From a virus: a DNA stretch of 44,817 nucleotides. The notes beneath the pieces were generated by a model. It was not told where the DNA came from. It searched no databases and was given only the letters and a program-made list of their open reading frames with translations. Positions 25,034 through 32,426 of this stretch are shown here, one piece after another (position 1 is the stretch's first letter; each line of letters starts with the position of its first letter). The stretch lies in IMG/VR virus record IMGVR_UViG_3300019487_000010, positions 1-44,817 of that record; one strand, given 5' to 3'. Both the position numbers and the translations under genes were made by a program.

Positions 25034-25096
25034 CGCCTGCCTCGTCAGCGCGCGGAGGCGACCCGCGCGGACCCCGCCCGTAGGCGGGGTTTCGGC
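25034..25096 (-). ncRNA. Type II hammerhead ribozyme motif HH-C
   Basis: Identical to HH-A except that stem II position 10.3 is C instead of U, so G:C replaces G:U. Confidence 0.8.
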
Positions 25097-25105
25097 TCTA
25101 CGGCT

Positions 25106-25489
25106 CTACTCCTGGGCGGTCGGAGCAGGACCCTCGTCCAGGTGCTCAACGGTCGGAGCGGGCGCGATCTCCTGGAGCCTCGCCTGGAGGCGAGCGATCT
25201 TGCGAGCGATCTTCTCCGCCGGCGAGAGCGGCGTCCGCGGAGCGGGCTCGAAACGATCGCGGTCCGCGCGCACCTGGCGGAAGGCGGTGCGGGCCGCGGT
25301 GAAGGCGTCGCGCCAGAGCGCGAGGTTCTCACGCGCGCTCTTGACCTCCGCGCGAGCGGAGCGGAGGTCGTTGCGCGTGAGCTGGAACTGCTCGTCCAAC
25401 GTGCGCCGCGCCTCGTCGTGGCGAATCCGCGGCTGAACGGCGGGGGCGCTCTTCTTCGTGCTCTTCGTGCTCTTGCTCTTCTTGGCCAT
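25106..25489 (-). CDS. Hypothetical protein with a Lys/Ser/Thr-rich N-terminus and coiled coil (127 aa)
   Basis: ATG at 25489 preceded by AGGAGACAGCAG. The longer track ORF would start inside the promoter. Confidence 0.55.
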   Translation of the reverse strand: MAKKSKSTKSTKKSAPAVQPRIRHDEARRTLDEQFQLTRNDLRSARAEVKSARENLALWRDAFTAARTAFRQVRADRDRFEPAPRTPLSPAEKIARKIARLQARLQEIAPAPTVEHLDEGPAPTAQE

Positions 25490-25552
25490 CTGCTGTCTCC
25501 TGCGCCCGCGGTGCGGGGGGTTTGAGGCTGCGGGCTCCCTGCTCACGCTCAT

Positions 25553-25561
25553 ATTGTACCA
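25553..25561 (-). promoter_or_regulatory. Extended -10 promoter element TGGTACAAT
   Basis: Minus strand reads TGG TACAAT. It sits about 60 nt upstream of the first small gene, and a 7-bp hairpin (25561-25578) overlaps the -35 region. Confidence 0.45.
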
Positions 25562-25567
25562 AAGCAC

Positions 25568-26014
25568 GGCTGTGCTTTTTCGAAGAAAGTTCTAAGAGCA
25601 ATCCTGCCACCACTTGTGTCGAGAACTATTTTCTCGGCATGAGCTTTGCCGCACTTTGCCTTTTGAGCCCTCGATGCAAGTGCTTTCCCTCCCCTAACTT
25701 GTGGCCCGGAGCTTATTTGATTTCCCTGGCTTTTCCGCAAGTGCTTACCCCGTAAGCCCTTGCAACAGGGGTCCTAAGTGCTTATAGCATAAGCAGTTAG
25801 GAAGCGCAATAGGAGCGCTCTGGGCCGCACGGTTTGCCCGGTAAGGGTTGCCCACTGCTTGCCACCAGCATGCGGCCCAGAGCGCTCCTGGCTATGCCAG
25901 CGAGCAGCCCAGCTTGCCACCAGCCCCGCGCTTGCTGCGCGGGCTTGCCCGGCAAGTGGCCCACCGTTTGCAGATCCCGAGCTGGCCTGGATTTTGCTTC
26001 CCTGGACGAATCGC
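25568..26014. promoter_or_regulatory. ~450-bp non-coding hub with reduced GC, GCAAGTGC-type repeats, TTGCC repeats and two large palindromes (candidate origin / regulatory region)
   Basis: No ORF here has phage-like GC3. My hand count over 25561-25800 gives about 50% GC. Repeats are listed in the findings. Confidence 0.5.
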
Positions 26015-28015
26015 TCACGAGGCACCCCACCCACGAAGCTCAAGGGCGCGCGACGCCGCGAGCGCGGAGGCGAGCTCCGTTGCGAGCGCGACCGGGTCAT
26101 GCGTGAGCGGATGAGCCTTCACCTTGCGAGCGTGACCCCACGACCGTCCGCTCACCTTCATGTCAACGATGAGCGGGAGCCGCAGGCCCCAGTCCTCCGG
26201 GTCCTCGAGGAGTCGCCAGAGCTCAAGCATGAAGGGCAGGAGCTCGCTCTCCTTCACGGAGAAGAGGAGCGAGTCATGCACCATGATGAGGAGTTTCGCT
26301 CCCCACCGCGGCTCGAGCTCACGGAGCACCCGCAGAACCTTCACCTTGAAGATGTCCGCGGCTCCGCCTTGGATCACGTAGTTCAGCGCCTTGTGGGAGC
26401 CCTGCTCGGGGTTGAACCGGTACACCCGCCCAAGGACGTTACGAACCCACCCGCGTCGCTTGACCAGCCGCTTGACCTTCGTTTGCAGGGCTCGGATCGA
26501 AGGGAACTCCCGGTGGTAGCTGTCGTAGATCTGCTGAGCCAACAGGTCCGTGGTCCGAGTGTCCAGCTTCTCAGCGCGCTTCGCGGTCTGAGTGCCCGCG
26601 CCCATCAGGAGCGTACGCATGGCGGCCTTCATCTCACCGGCTCCGCCCTGAGCCTCCTTCAGCTTCAGGGTCGCCGCGAGGTTCTTGAGGAGCTTGGCGC
26701 GACCCATCCCGTAGACGAACGAGAAGTTCAGCTGCTTCGCGAACTGGCGATCCACCCCGAGCCGGGTAGCCAAGGACTGGTGGAAGTCCGTGAACGGGTT
26801 CTCGAGGAACGCGGCCAACACGCGGGCGTCGTTCGCGTAGTGCCCGAACAGCCGGTACTCGATCTGGCTGTAGTCCACGGACAGGAGCACCTCGTCCGCC
26901 TCATGAGGCTCTACGAACGCCTCCGCCTCCACGGGTACGTTAAACAGTGAGGGATTCCGGCAGGACATGCGTCCGGTCGCGGCTCCCGCTTGAGCGATCC
27001 CCGGGTGCAGAAGCTCCTGCTCATCCACCCGTTTGAGCCAGCCCTCCACGTAGGTGGCGAGGAAGTGTTGGTTCTTGCTGTACTCCGAGAGGAGCTTTCC
27101 CACGGGATGGTTGAGCGTCTCGAGCGCCATCGAGTCCCACTGAGGCTTCCCGCTCTTCGTGAAGGCGAGGGGATGGAAGCCCAGCTGACCCATCAACAGC
27201 TGACTCACGTCCTCGTCAGCCCCAGGGTCACACATGAAGTCAGCGACCTGGTTGACCTCCTCCCAGAGCTGGACCTGCCGCGCCAACAGCCCGTGCTGAG
27301 CGCGCTTGATCGCCTCCACCTTGACCGGAAAGCCCCGCCGCTCCACCCGCAAAAGCTCCCGGGTAAGCGGCACCTCCACCTCGGACCAGAGGCGGCGACT
27401 CAGGTCCGGAAGCCTCTCCTCAGCGGCGCGGAAACAGTCCGCCGTGACTAGAGCGTCGCTCTCCGCGTACTCACCGAGGAGCTCTACGGGGGCCTTCGCG
27501 TAGTCCTTGGTCTTCGCACGGCGGCGCCACGGGGTGAGCAGGTCCTTCCCCCGCTTTCGGTGCTCCGCGTTGAAGACCGCTGCGAGGTAGTGCAGCTGAT
27601 ACGAGGGCAGATCGTTGTGGGTCAGTCGCGAGATCACCCAGAGGTCCTCGATGGAGGCTGCGCTCAGCCAGTCAACCCCGTCTACGTACGCGAAGTGGGC
27701 GTCAAACTTCACGTTATGGTTGATCACCCGTCGGTTCCGCACTAGGTCGCTCAGCCAGCGGGTGGCGCCCTCAAGCTCCACGTTGTCACCATCGTAGTGC
27801 CGCAGGGGCACATAGGTCGACCATGCCCCGTCGAGGGTAGCCACGCCCCAACTCACCGCTCGATCCCCACAGAAGGGCTGGTCCCCGTAGCGATCATCGA
27901 CAAACCCCGTGGTCTCCACGTCGAGCACCACGGGCACGCCGGGAGGAGGAAGCTCCTTCAACTCGCCCACCAGAGCCTCCCCTCCTCCACAGCCTCGTTG
28001 AGGCGAGCCACCCAC
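26015..28015 (-). CDS. polA: Family A DNA polymerase with 3'-5' exonuclease domain
   Basis: Exo I VLDVETTG, Exo II NHNVKFDAHF, Exo III YAESDALV; Pol motif A LLSVDYSQIEYRL, motif B RQFAKQLNFSFVYGMG, motif C IMVHDSLLF. The true start may be GTG 27970 or TTG 27961 (TTGA overlap). Confidence 0.9.
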   Translation of the reverse strand: MGGSPQRGCGGGEALVGELKELPPPGVPVVLDVETTGFVDDRYGDQPFCGDRAVSWGVATLDGAWSTYVPLRHYDGDNVELEGATRWLSDLVRNRRVINHNVKFDAHFAYVDGVDWLSAASIEDLWVISRLTHNDLPSYQLHYLAAVFNAEHRKRGKDLLTPWRRRAKTKDYAKAPVELLGEYAESDALVTADCFRAAEERLPDLSRRLWSEVEVPLTRELLRVERRGFPVKVEAIKRAQHGLLARQVQLWEEVNQVADFMCDPGADEDVSQLLMGQLGFHPLAFTKSGKPQWDSMALETLNHPVGKLLSEYSKNQHFLATYVEGWLKRVDEQELLHPGIAQAGAATGRMSCRNPSLFNVPVEAEAFVEPHEADEVLLSVDYSQIEYRLFGHYANDARVLAAFLENPFTDFHQSLATRLGVDRQFAKQLNFSFVYGMGRAKLLKNLAATLKLKEAQGGAGEMKAAMRTLLMGAGTQTAKRAEKLDTRTTDLLAQQIYDSYHREFPSIRALQTKVKRLVKRRGWVRNVLGRVYRFNPEQGSHKALNYVIQGGAADIFKVKVLRVLRELEPRWGAKLLIMVHDSLLFSVKESELLPFMLELWRLLEDPEDWGLRLPLIVDMKVSGRSWGHARKVKAHPLTHDPVALATELASALAASRALELRGWGAS

Positions 28016-28833
28016 GGAGCTCGTTCGTGAAAGTGAAAACGCCTCAAGACCTGCGGGTGAGGAAAGCTCGCTGGCTGGAAGCCAAGCTCACGCAGACGCG
28101 CAAGAGCTACCTTCCCCAGGGCTACCACGGAGATGGGCCTCAGGTACCGGACCAGCTCTTCAGTCAACGGTTCTCCGTGACGACCATACGCGTTCACCAG
28201 GTGAACGTCCTTAGGGGTGAGCCCTGCTCGAGCGAGCAGGTCGTAGAGGTAGGGGCCGCTCCCGACGGGTCGTCGCCCCTGGAAGGGAAAGCTGAACTGA
28301 GCGACCCTCTTGGGGTTCACTCGCTCAGCGACCAGCAGGACCCGCGGTGAGAGCGACCCCCAGCCTGCTCCGCCCAGCTTCTGGTAACCCACGAGGGTAC
28401 GCACCGCCTTGTCGTGCCTAGCGAAGAGCAGTCCGCTGAGGTCTCGCTTGACCCACTCCGGGTCCGGCTTCGCGGGCAGCCGCATGATGAACGCCGGCTC
28501 TAGCTCCGGCGCTCGCTCGAGCGCCCGTTCATACCGCCTCTCTTCACCGAGGAGGAGGAGGGTGCTGGCGGTCAACGCCGCCGCGAGTCCGAGGTGCCAA
28601 CGCTCCACCACGGAGAGCGCGAGGTTGCGCCCCGCGAGGGGAGCCTCTGCCATGTCGGTGAGCGCCCACCGATCCACCACGGTCGCCCACAGCGCTTGCC
28701 CCAGCCCCGCCCAGTACTGACCGTCGGGCTCCAGCACCCGCACCGCGGAGACCGCCGCCCCGAGCGGGGTGGTGAGCGCTCGCGCGAGCGTGGTCTTGCC
28801 CACCCCGTTGGGTCCCTCGATGAAGATGGCCAC
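27958..28833 (-). CDS. Fusion protein: N-terminal P-loop deoxynucleotide-kinase-like domain + C-terminal uracil-DNA-glycosylase-fold domain with a non-canonical active-site motif
   Basis: N-terminal domain: IFIEGPNGVGKTT and VVDRWALTD (dNK/Tmk-like). C-terminal domain: VLLVAERVNPKRV..FSFPFQGRRPVGSGPYLYDLLARAGL...VHLVNAY...FPHPQ follows the family-4 UDG layout, but AERVN replaces GE(A/G)PG. Confidence 0.65.
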   Translation of the reverse strand: MAIFIEGPNGVGKTTLARALTTPLGAAVSAVRVLEPDGQYWAGLGQALWATVVDRWALTDMAEAPLAGRNLALSVVERWHLGLAAALTASTLLLLGEERRYERALERAPELEPAFIMRLPAKPDPEWVKRDLSGLLFARHDKAVRTLVGYQKLGGAGWGSLSPRVLLVAERVNPKRVAQFSFPFQGRRPVGSGPYLYDLLARAGLTPKDVHLVNAYGRHGEPLTEELVRYLRPISVVALGKVALARLRELGFQPASFPHPQVLRRFHFHERAPWVARLNEAVEEGRLWWAS

Positions 28834-28835
28834 CG

Positions 28836-29711
28836 CTACTCCTCCAGGTACAGGTAAGCAGGAATGTGAGCGGGTATGTAGGCGACTCGACCGTGCACCG
28901 GGGACAGGTGCAGGCTCGCGCCACAGAGATCGTAGACCGTTCCGGTGTACGTGGACTCGACCTGCGGGCAGGACTCGGTGGCCTGACAGTGGACCGGTGG
29001 CACGAACATGTTCGAGGCCTCACCCTTCACCGCGATCTTCTTCCACCAGCACCCGGGGTTGCATCCCTCAGGGAGGAGCGGGGCCAGCCATGGAGACGCC
29101 ACGAGGAGGGCTTCACGGAGCTTCACCGTGAAGACCAACTGCTCGTGGGACTGGGTCTGCGGGCACCGCCTCGAACGATAGAGGTTGAGCAGAGCCGCGA
29201 GGTTCAGGTGCACGTAGATGAAGGAGCTAGCCCCGCTGGGCAGGGAAAACCGGGCCTCGTAGGGCGTTACCTGACGAGAGTCCAGCAGATCAGCGTAGAG
29301 CGTCTTCTGGAGGAGCGCGAAGTGCACGTACCGTCGGAGCAAGGGCCCGCGCAAGACCCGGGGTACTAGCACATCGTCGTCTCGGCAGTCACGATCGCCC
29401 GTGCACTGCTGGCTGAAGGTCACTCCAACGCGCGCGCGAACCAACTGGTGGGTAAAGAACCTCGAGACACCGGTCAGGAGCAAGGTCCAGTGGAGCTCCT
29501 CCTGCCGGTTCCAGAGCGCGCCCTTCATAAGCTCCGGCGACCACTCCTGCTCCCGGGGAGCGTCGAGGTGGCATGCGCCTACCGCCTGCGCGGCTGCTCG
29601 AAGGTCCTCCTCCGAGGGGGCCTTCAAGACCTTCACGGTGCAAGCCTCGGTCAGGTCCAAGAACCTCGTACGCGGCATGGCATCCCAGTGCCAGTCAATC
29701 TTCCCGGTCAT
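28836..29711 (-). CDS. thyX: Divergent flavin-dependent thymidylate synthase (ThyX)-like protein
   Basis: SRFFTHQLVRARVGVTFSQQCTGD aligns with the ThyX motif sR...HQlvRHR..SfSQQSqRY, but with RHR->RAR, S->C and R->G. I chose the ATG at 29711, which shares a base with the MazG-like stop. Confidence 0.65.
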   Translation of the reverse strand: MTGKIDWHWDAMPRTRFLDLTEACTVKVLKAPSEEDLRAAAQAVGACHLDAPREQEWSPELMKGALWNRQEELHWTLLLTGVSRFFTHQLVRARVGVTFSQQCTGDRDCRDDDVLVPRVLRGPLLRRYVHFALLQKTLYADLLDSRQVTPYEARFSLPSGASSFIYVHLNLAALLNLYRSRRCPQTQSHEQLVFTVKLREALLVASPWLAPLLPEGCNPGCWWKKIAVKGEASNMFVPPVHCQATESCPQVESTYTGTVYDLCGASLHLSPVHGRVAYIPAHIPAYLYLEE

Positions 29712-30034
29712 CAGAACCTCCTGTCTGTCTTGGTGACCGCAGGCTTCTGCTCGTTGTGCCGGAGCTTCGCCAGTACCGCCTTCTCGATACGCCACCGCTC
29801 TCGCCCCGCGAGGTTCAGCAGAGCGAGCACCACGTCCGCAGCCTCCTCCTCGATCTGAAGGAAGCCTGGCAGCCTGGTGCTGGGGCGAGCCTCGCGGGCT
29901 CGGTGTTCCATGAACACCTCAGACACCTCGCTGTGCACCAACGCTATCTGGCTCGCGAGCGTAGACTGCTCCCACCAACCCTTCGCGATGGCACAGGCGA
30001 AGGCCCTGTCCGCCAAGTCCGTCAGCTGCCCCAT
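29711..30034 (-). CDS. MazG-like nucleoside triphosphate pyrophosphohydrolase
   Basis: LVHSEVSEVFME ... IEEEAADVVLALLNLA gives the EvsE ... EE.aDv pattern in a ~107-aa all-helical protein. Confidence 0.65.
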   Translation of the reverse strand: MGQLTDLADRAFACAIAKGWWEQSTLASQIALVHSEVSEVFMEHRAREARPSTRLPGFLQIEEEAADVVLALLNLAGRERWRIEKAVLAKLRHNEQKPAVTKTDRRF

Positions 30035-30039
30035 CTACC

Positions 30040-30597
30040 TCACAGCCTCCCCCTGAGCTCAGTGTACCGCCGGATGAACGCCTCCCGCGCCGCGTCCCGT
30101 GGCCACGCCGGCCACACTGGCATGGTCGGGCCCTGGACTGGCTGGTCCCTCGTGAGGCTCCAACCGAGCTCCCCGAAGTACGCTACAGTCTCCTGCCGAC
30201 AGAGCTCACGGTCAGCCGACTTGACCGCAGCCCAATGAGCACACGGAAAGTCCTCCCCCTCTGCGACCTGTTCCAGGAGCCAGTCCTCGAGGGCGATGAG
30301 CTCCTTTCCCGCGAGGTGTCGAATTGGAGCCACCAAGTCCCCGATGATCATCTCTCCCACGTCGTGGAGCAGGCCCGCCAGCGCCAGGTGAGGCGCCACC
30401 ATGTAGCTAACCAACACCGAGTGCTGAGCCACGGTGTAGGGGATGTAGCCGTTGAAACGGGTCTGACCAGCAAGGCTGGTAGCAGCTTGGGTCAACCGAG
30501 CCCAGGTGGTCCATCTGAAGTCCCGCACCACCAAGTACTCCACCGGCTCCGTAACGAGGAGCTTGAGCTCCCTGAACCGCTCCGGAATGACGCTCAC
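30040..30597 (-). CDS. HD-domain phosphohydrolase (YfbR-type 5'-deoxynucleotidase-like)
   Basis: YTVAQHSVLVSYMV ... LLHDVGEMIIGDLVAPI (H ... HD ... D). I chose the GTG at 30597, which forms a GTGA overlap with the upstream stop. Confidence 0.65.
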   Translation of the reverse strand: MSVIPERFRELKLLVTEPVEYLVVRDFRWTTWARLTQAATSLAGQTRFNGYIPYTVAQHSVLVSYMVAPHLALAGLLHDVGEMIIGDLVAPIRHLAGKELIALEDWLLEQVAEGEDFPCAHWAAVKSADRELCRQETVAYFGELGWSLTRDQPVQGPTMPVWPAWPRDAAREAFIRRYTELRGRL

Positions 30598-31151
30598 ACG
30601 ATCCTCCCCTGCCACGGGCTCTTGGTGAGCGGAGAGCCGTCCCTGAGCCACTTGTCGAGCTCCGCTGCTCCCACGAGGTAGTCGTCGAACCCCTCCGCCA
30701 GCATCAGGTTCACCGCCGCCGGGTAGTCCGAGTAGAACGCAAGGAGGTGCGGCTTACCCGCTATCTGGCGCCTCGCGTACGCGTAGCCGAGCTCCCAGAC
30801 CGTGCCCGTGTCCGGGAGAGCCAACGGCGGCGAGAAGGTTGGCACCTGCACAGCACCGGAGAGGAAGGACCGCGTGAGCAACGCAGCGGGCTCGGGCATC
30901 GTCACCACCCGGAGGCTCTGCCGGGGCGGGAGAGCGTAGGTGAGCACCGCCAGGACCAGGTCCGCGTCAGCCACGTGCTGGCAGTTCAGCTCGAACGCCC
31001 TCTGCCGCTCGAGCGCGCTACCGTCCGGGGCGACAAAACACTCCCGACGAGGGCTGAACACCTGGTGGTGCGGGTCGAGCGCGTTCTCGAGCTCGTTGAT
31101 CAGCCCCACCTGGACGGGATTGAAGAACGGGCCTGCCAAGTAGAACCTCAT
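30594..31151 (-). CDS. Nucleoside 2-deoxyribosyltransferase-like protein
   Basis: The N-terminal MRFYLAGPFFNP signature (YlAGPfF), a later WELGYAYA and the size are consistent with the NDT/Rcl fold. Confidence 0.6.
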   Translation of the reverse strand: MRFYLAGPFFNPVQVGLINELENALDPHHQVFSPRRECFVAPDGSALERQRAFELNCQHVADADLVLAVLTYALPPRQSLRVVTMPEPAALLTRSFLSGAVQVPTFSPPLALPDTGTVWELGYAYARRQIAGKPHLLAFYSDYPAAVNLMLAEGFDDYLVGAAELDKWLRDGSPLTKSPWQGRIV

Positions 31152-31744
31152 AGCTGTTGAATCCTCCGCTGATGTTTTTCCGTCAGAAAATGAGGAGCGG
31201 TTAGATAGAGCCCCTCCATCGAGATGAGCTCAGGCGCTCGATCCTCCATCTCGAGCCACTCATACCAGAGTGCGTGCCACGCTTGACGCTGAGCGAGCAC
31301 CCGCGTCTCAGTTGCCCACGACAACTGACGGTGTCTCCGCGCCACCGTCGGTGTCAGCACCTGAGAGGTTTCCCTGGTGATCCAGGAGCGCCTCTCCCTC
31401 CGCTCCTGCACCACCTCCACGGGCTCTCTCAGCATGATCTCGGTCACGTCTCCAAGAGACCGCATGAATTCGAGAGCCTTCGGGTGGTGAAAGCCTGGTG
31501 GACGCACATAGAGCCACTTGGCAGCCGTCACGACAGGTGCGTAGAACGTCGTCTCCCGCTCCCACCCCGGAAGGAACAGGAGATGCCCTTCCGCGGAGAG
31601 GACTCGCCCGAGGAACCCGTGCCCGGTCTCTGACACGACGAGGTTGGTCAAAAACCACGCGGTGGGAGCCACCGCACGCCTCACGTTGAGCTCGAGGGTG
31701 CTCTTGCCCGACCCAGGTGGCCCGCTAACCACGACGTTACGCAT
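31148..31744 (-). CDS. P-loop NTPase / nucleotide kinase-like protein
   Basis: Walker A VVVSGPPGSGKSTL at the N-terminus; ~198 aa. Confidence 0.55.
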   Translation of the reverse strand: MRNVVVSGPPGSGKSTLELNVRRAVAPTAWFLTNLVVSETGHGFLGRVLSAEGHLLFLPGWERETTFYAPVVTAAKWLYVRPPGFHHPKALEFMRSLGDVTEIMLREPVEVVQERRERRSWITRETSQVLTPTVARRHRQLSWATETRVLAQRQAWHALWYEWLEMEDRAPELISMEGLYLTAPHFLTEKHQRRIQQL

Positions 31745-32426
31745 GCCCCCAAAAGTCCCCCGCCCTGTTGCCCTTCAAGGTCCGCCCCGGCCTCGGGCAC
31801 TTCATCGCTCGCTCCTCGGCCTTCTCCACCACCACGGTGTGGTTTAGCTGCCCGCTCCGCTGAGGAGCGGCACGCTGCCGCAAGCCCCGCCTGCGGAGCT
31901 CATCGATGACCTGCTCCAACACCCAGCACGAGCGGCGAGCGCCACCCGCGTACAACTGGCTCCCGTAGAGGTACCGCTGAAGCGTGACCCGATCCTGGAC
32001 GCTTCCCCCAGGGTCGTTGTTGCGAGCGAGCAAGAGCTCAAGGTCCCGAAAGGTAAGGGTGAACCGCCCGCCCAGCTCCAGTACCCTGGCGACCTCGTTC
32101 AAGAAGAACTGCGCTTGGCTCGGCGAGAGAAACTCAAGGGTAAGTTTCACGCGTACCTCGGTCACGTGCTCCTCTCTGAAAGGAAGCCCCAACCGGAGGT
32201 CCCACGGAAGCACCCGTGGGTACTCTCGGAGGTCCAGGCCCACCCAACCAGCGTACTTCGCTCTCATGAGGTCTTGACCACACCCGGGGTACACCCGCTG
32301 GCCTGGCGGGAGGGTCATGCAATCTTGGTACACCTTCCGCAACGTCTCCGCAAAGCCCCCGTCCAACGATCGCTGCTCGAGGTTCCGCCACGCCAACATG
32401 AGCTCCCACCGCTCCTCGAGGTTCAT
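31737..32426 (-). CDS. Class I SAM-dependent methyltransferase
   Basis: Motif I RVYPGCGQD, WVGLDL, LPFREEHVTEV, and post-motif VLELGGRFTLTF. Confidence 0.6.
   Translation of the reverse strand: MNLEERWELMLAWRNLEQRSLDGGFAETLRKVYQDCMTLPPGQRVYPGCGQDLMRAKYAGWVGLDLREYPRVLPWDLRLGLPFREEHVTEVRVKLTLEFLSPSQAQFFLNEVARVLELGGRFTLTFRDLELLLARNNDPGGSVQDRVTLQRYLYGSQLYAGGARRSCWVLEQVIDELRRRGLRQRAAPQRSGQLNHTVVVEKAEERAMKCPRPGRTLKGNRAGDFWGHA

Noticed and set aside
25549-25740. 63-aa minus-strand ORF (TTG start) inside the non-coding hub; also the 108-aa ORF at 25774-26100
   Set aside because: The third-codon positions are AT-rich, unlike every credible gene in this genome. The first ORF runs through the promoter -10 element, and the second overlaps the polymerase 3' end in another frame with Arg/Ser-rich low-complexity sequence.
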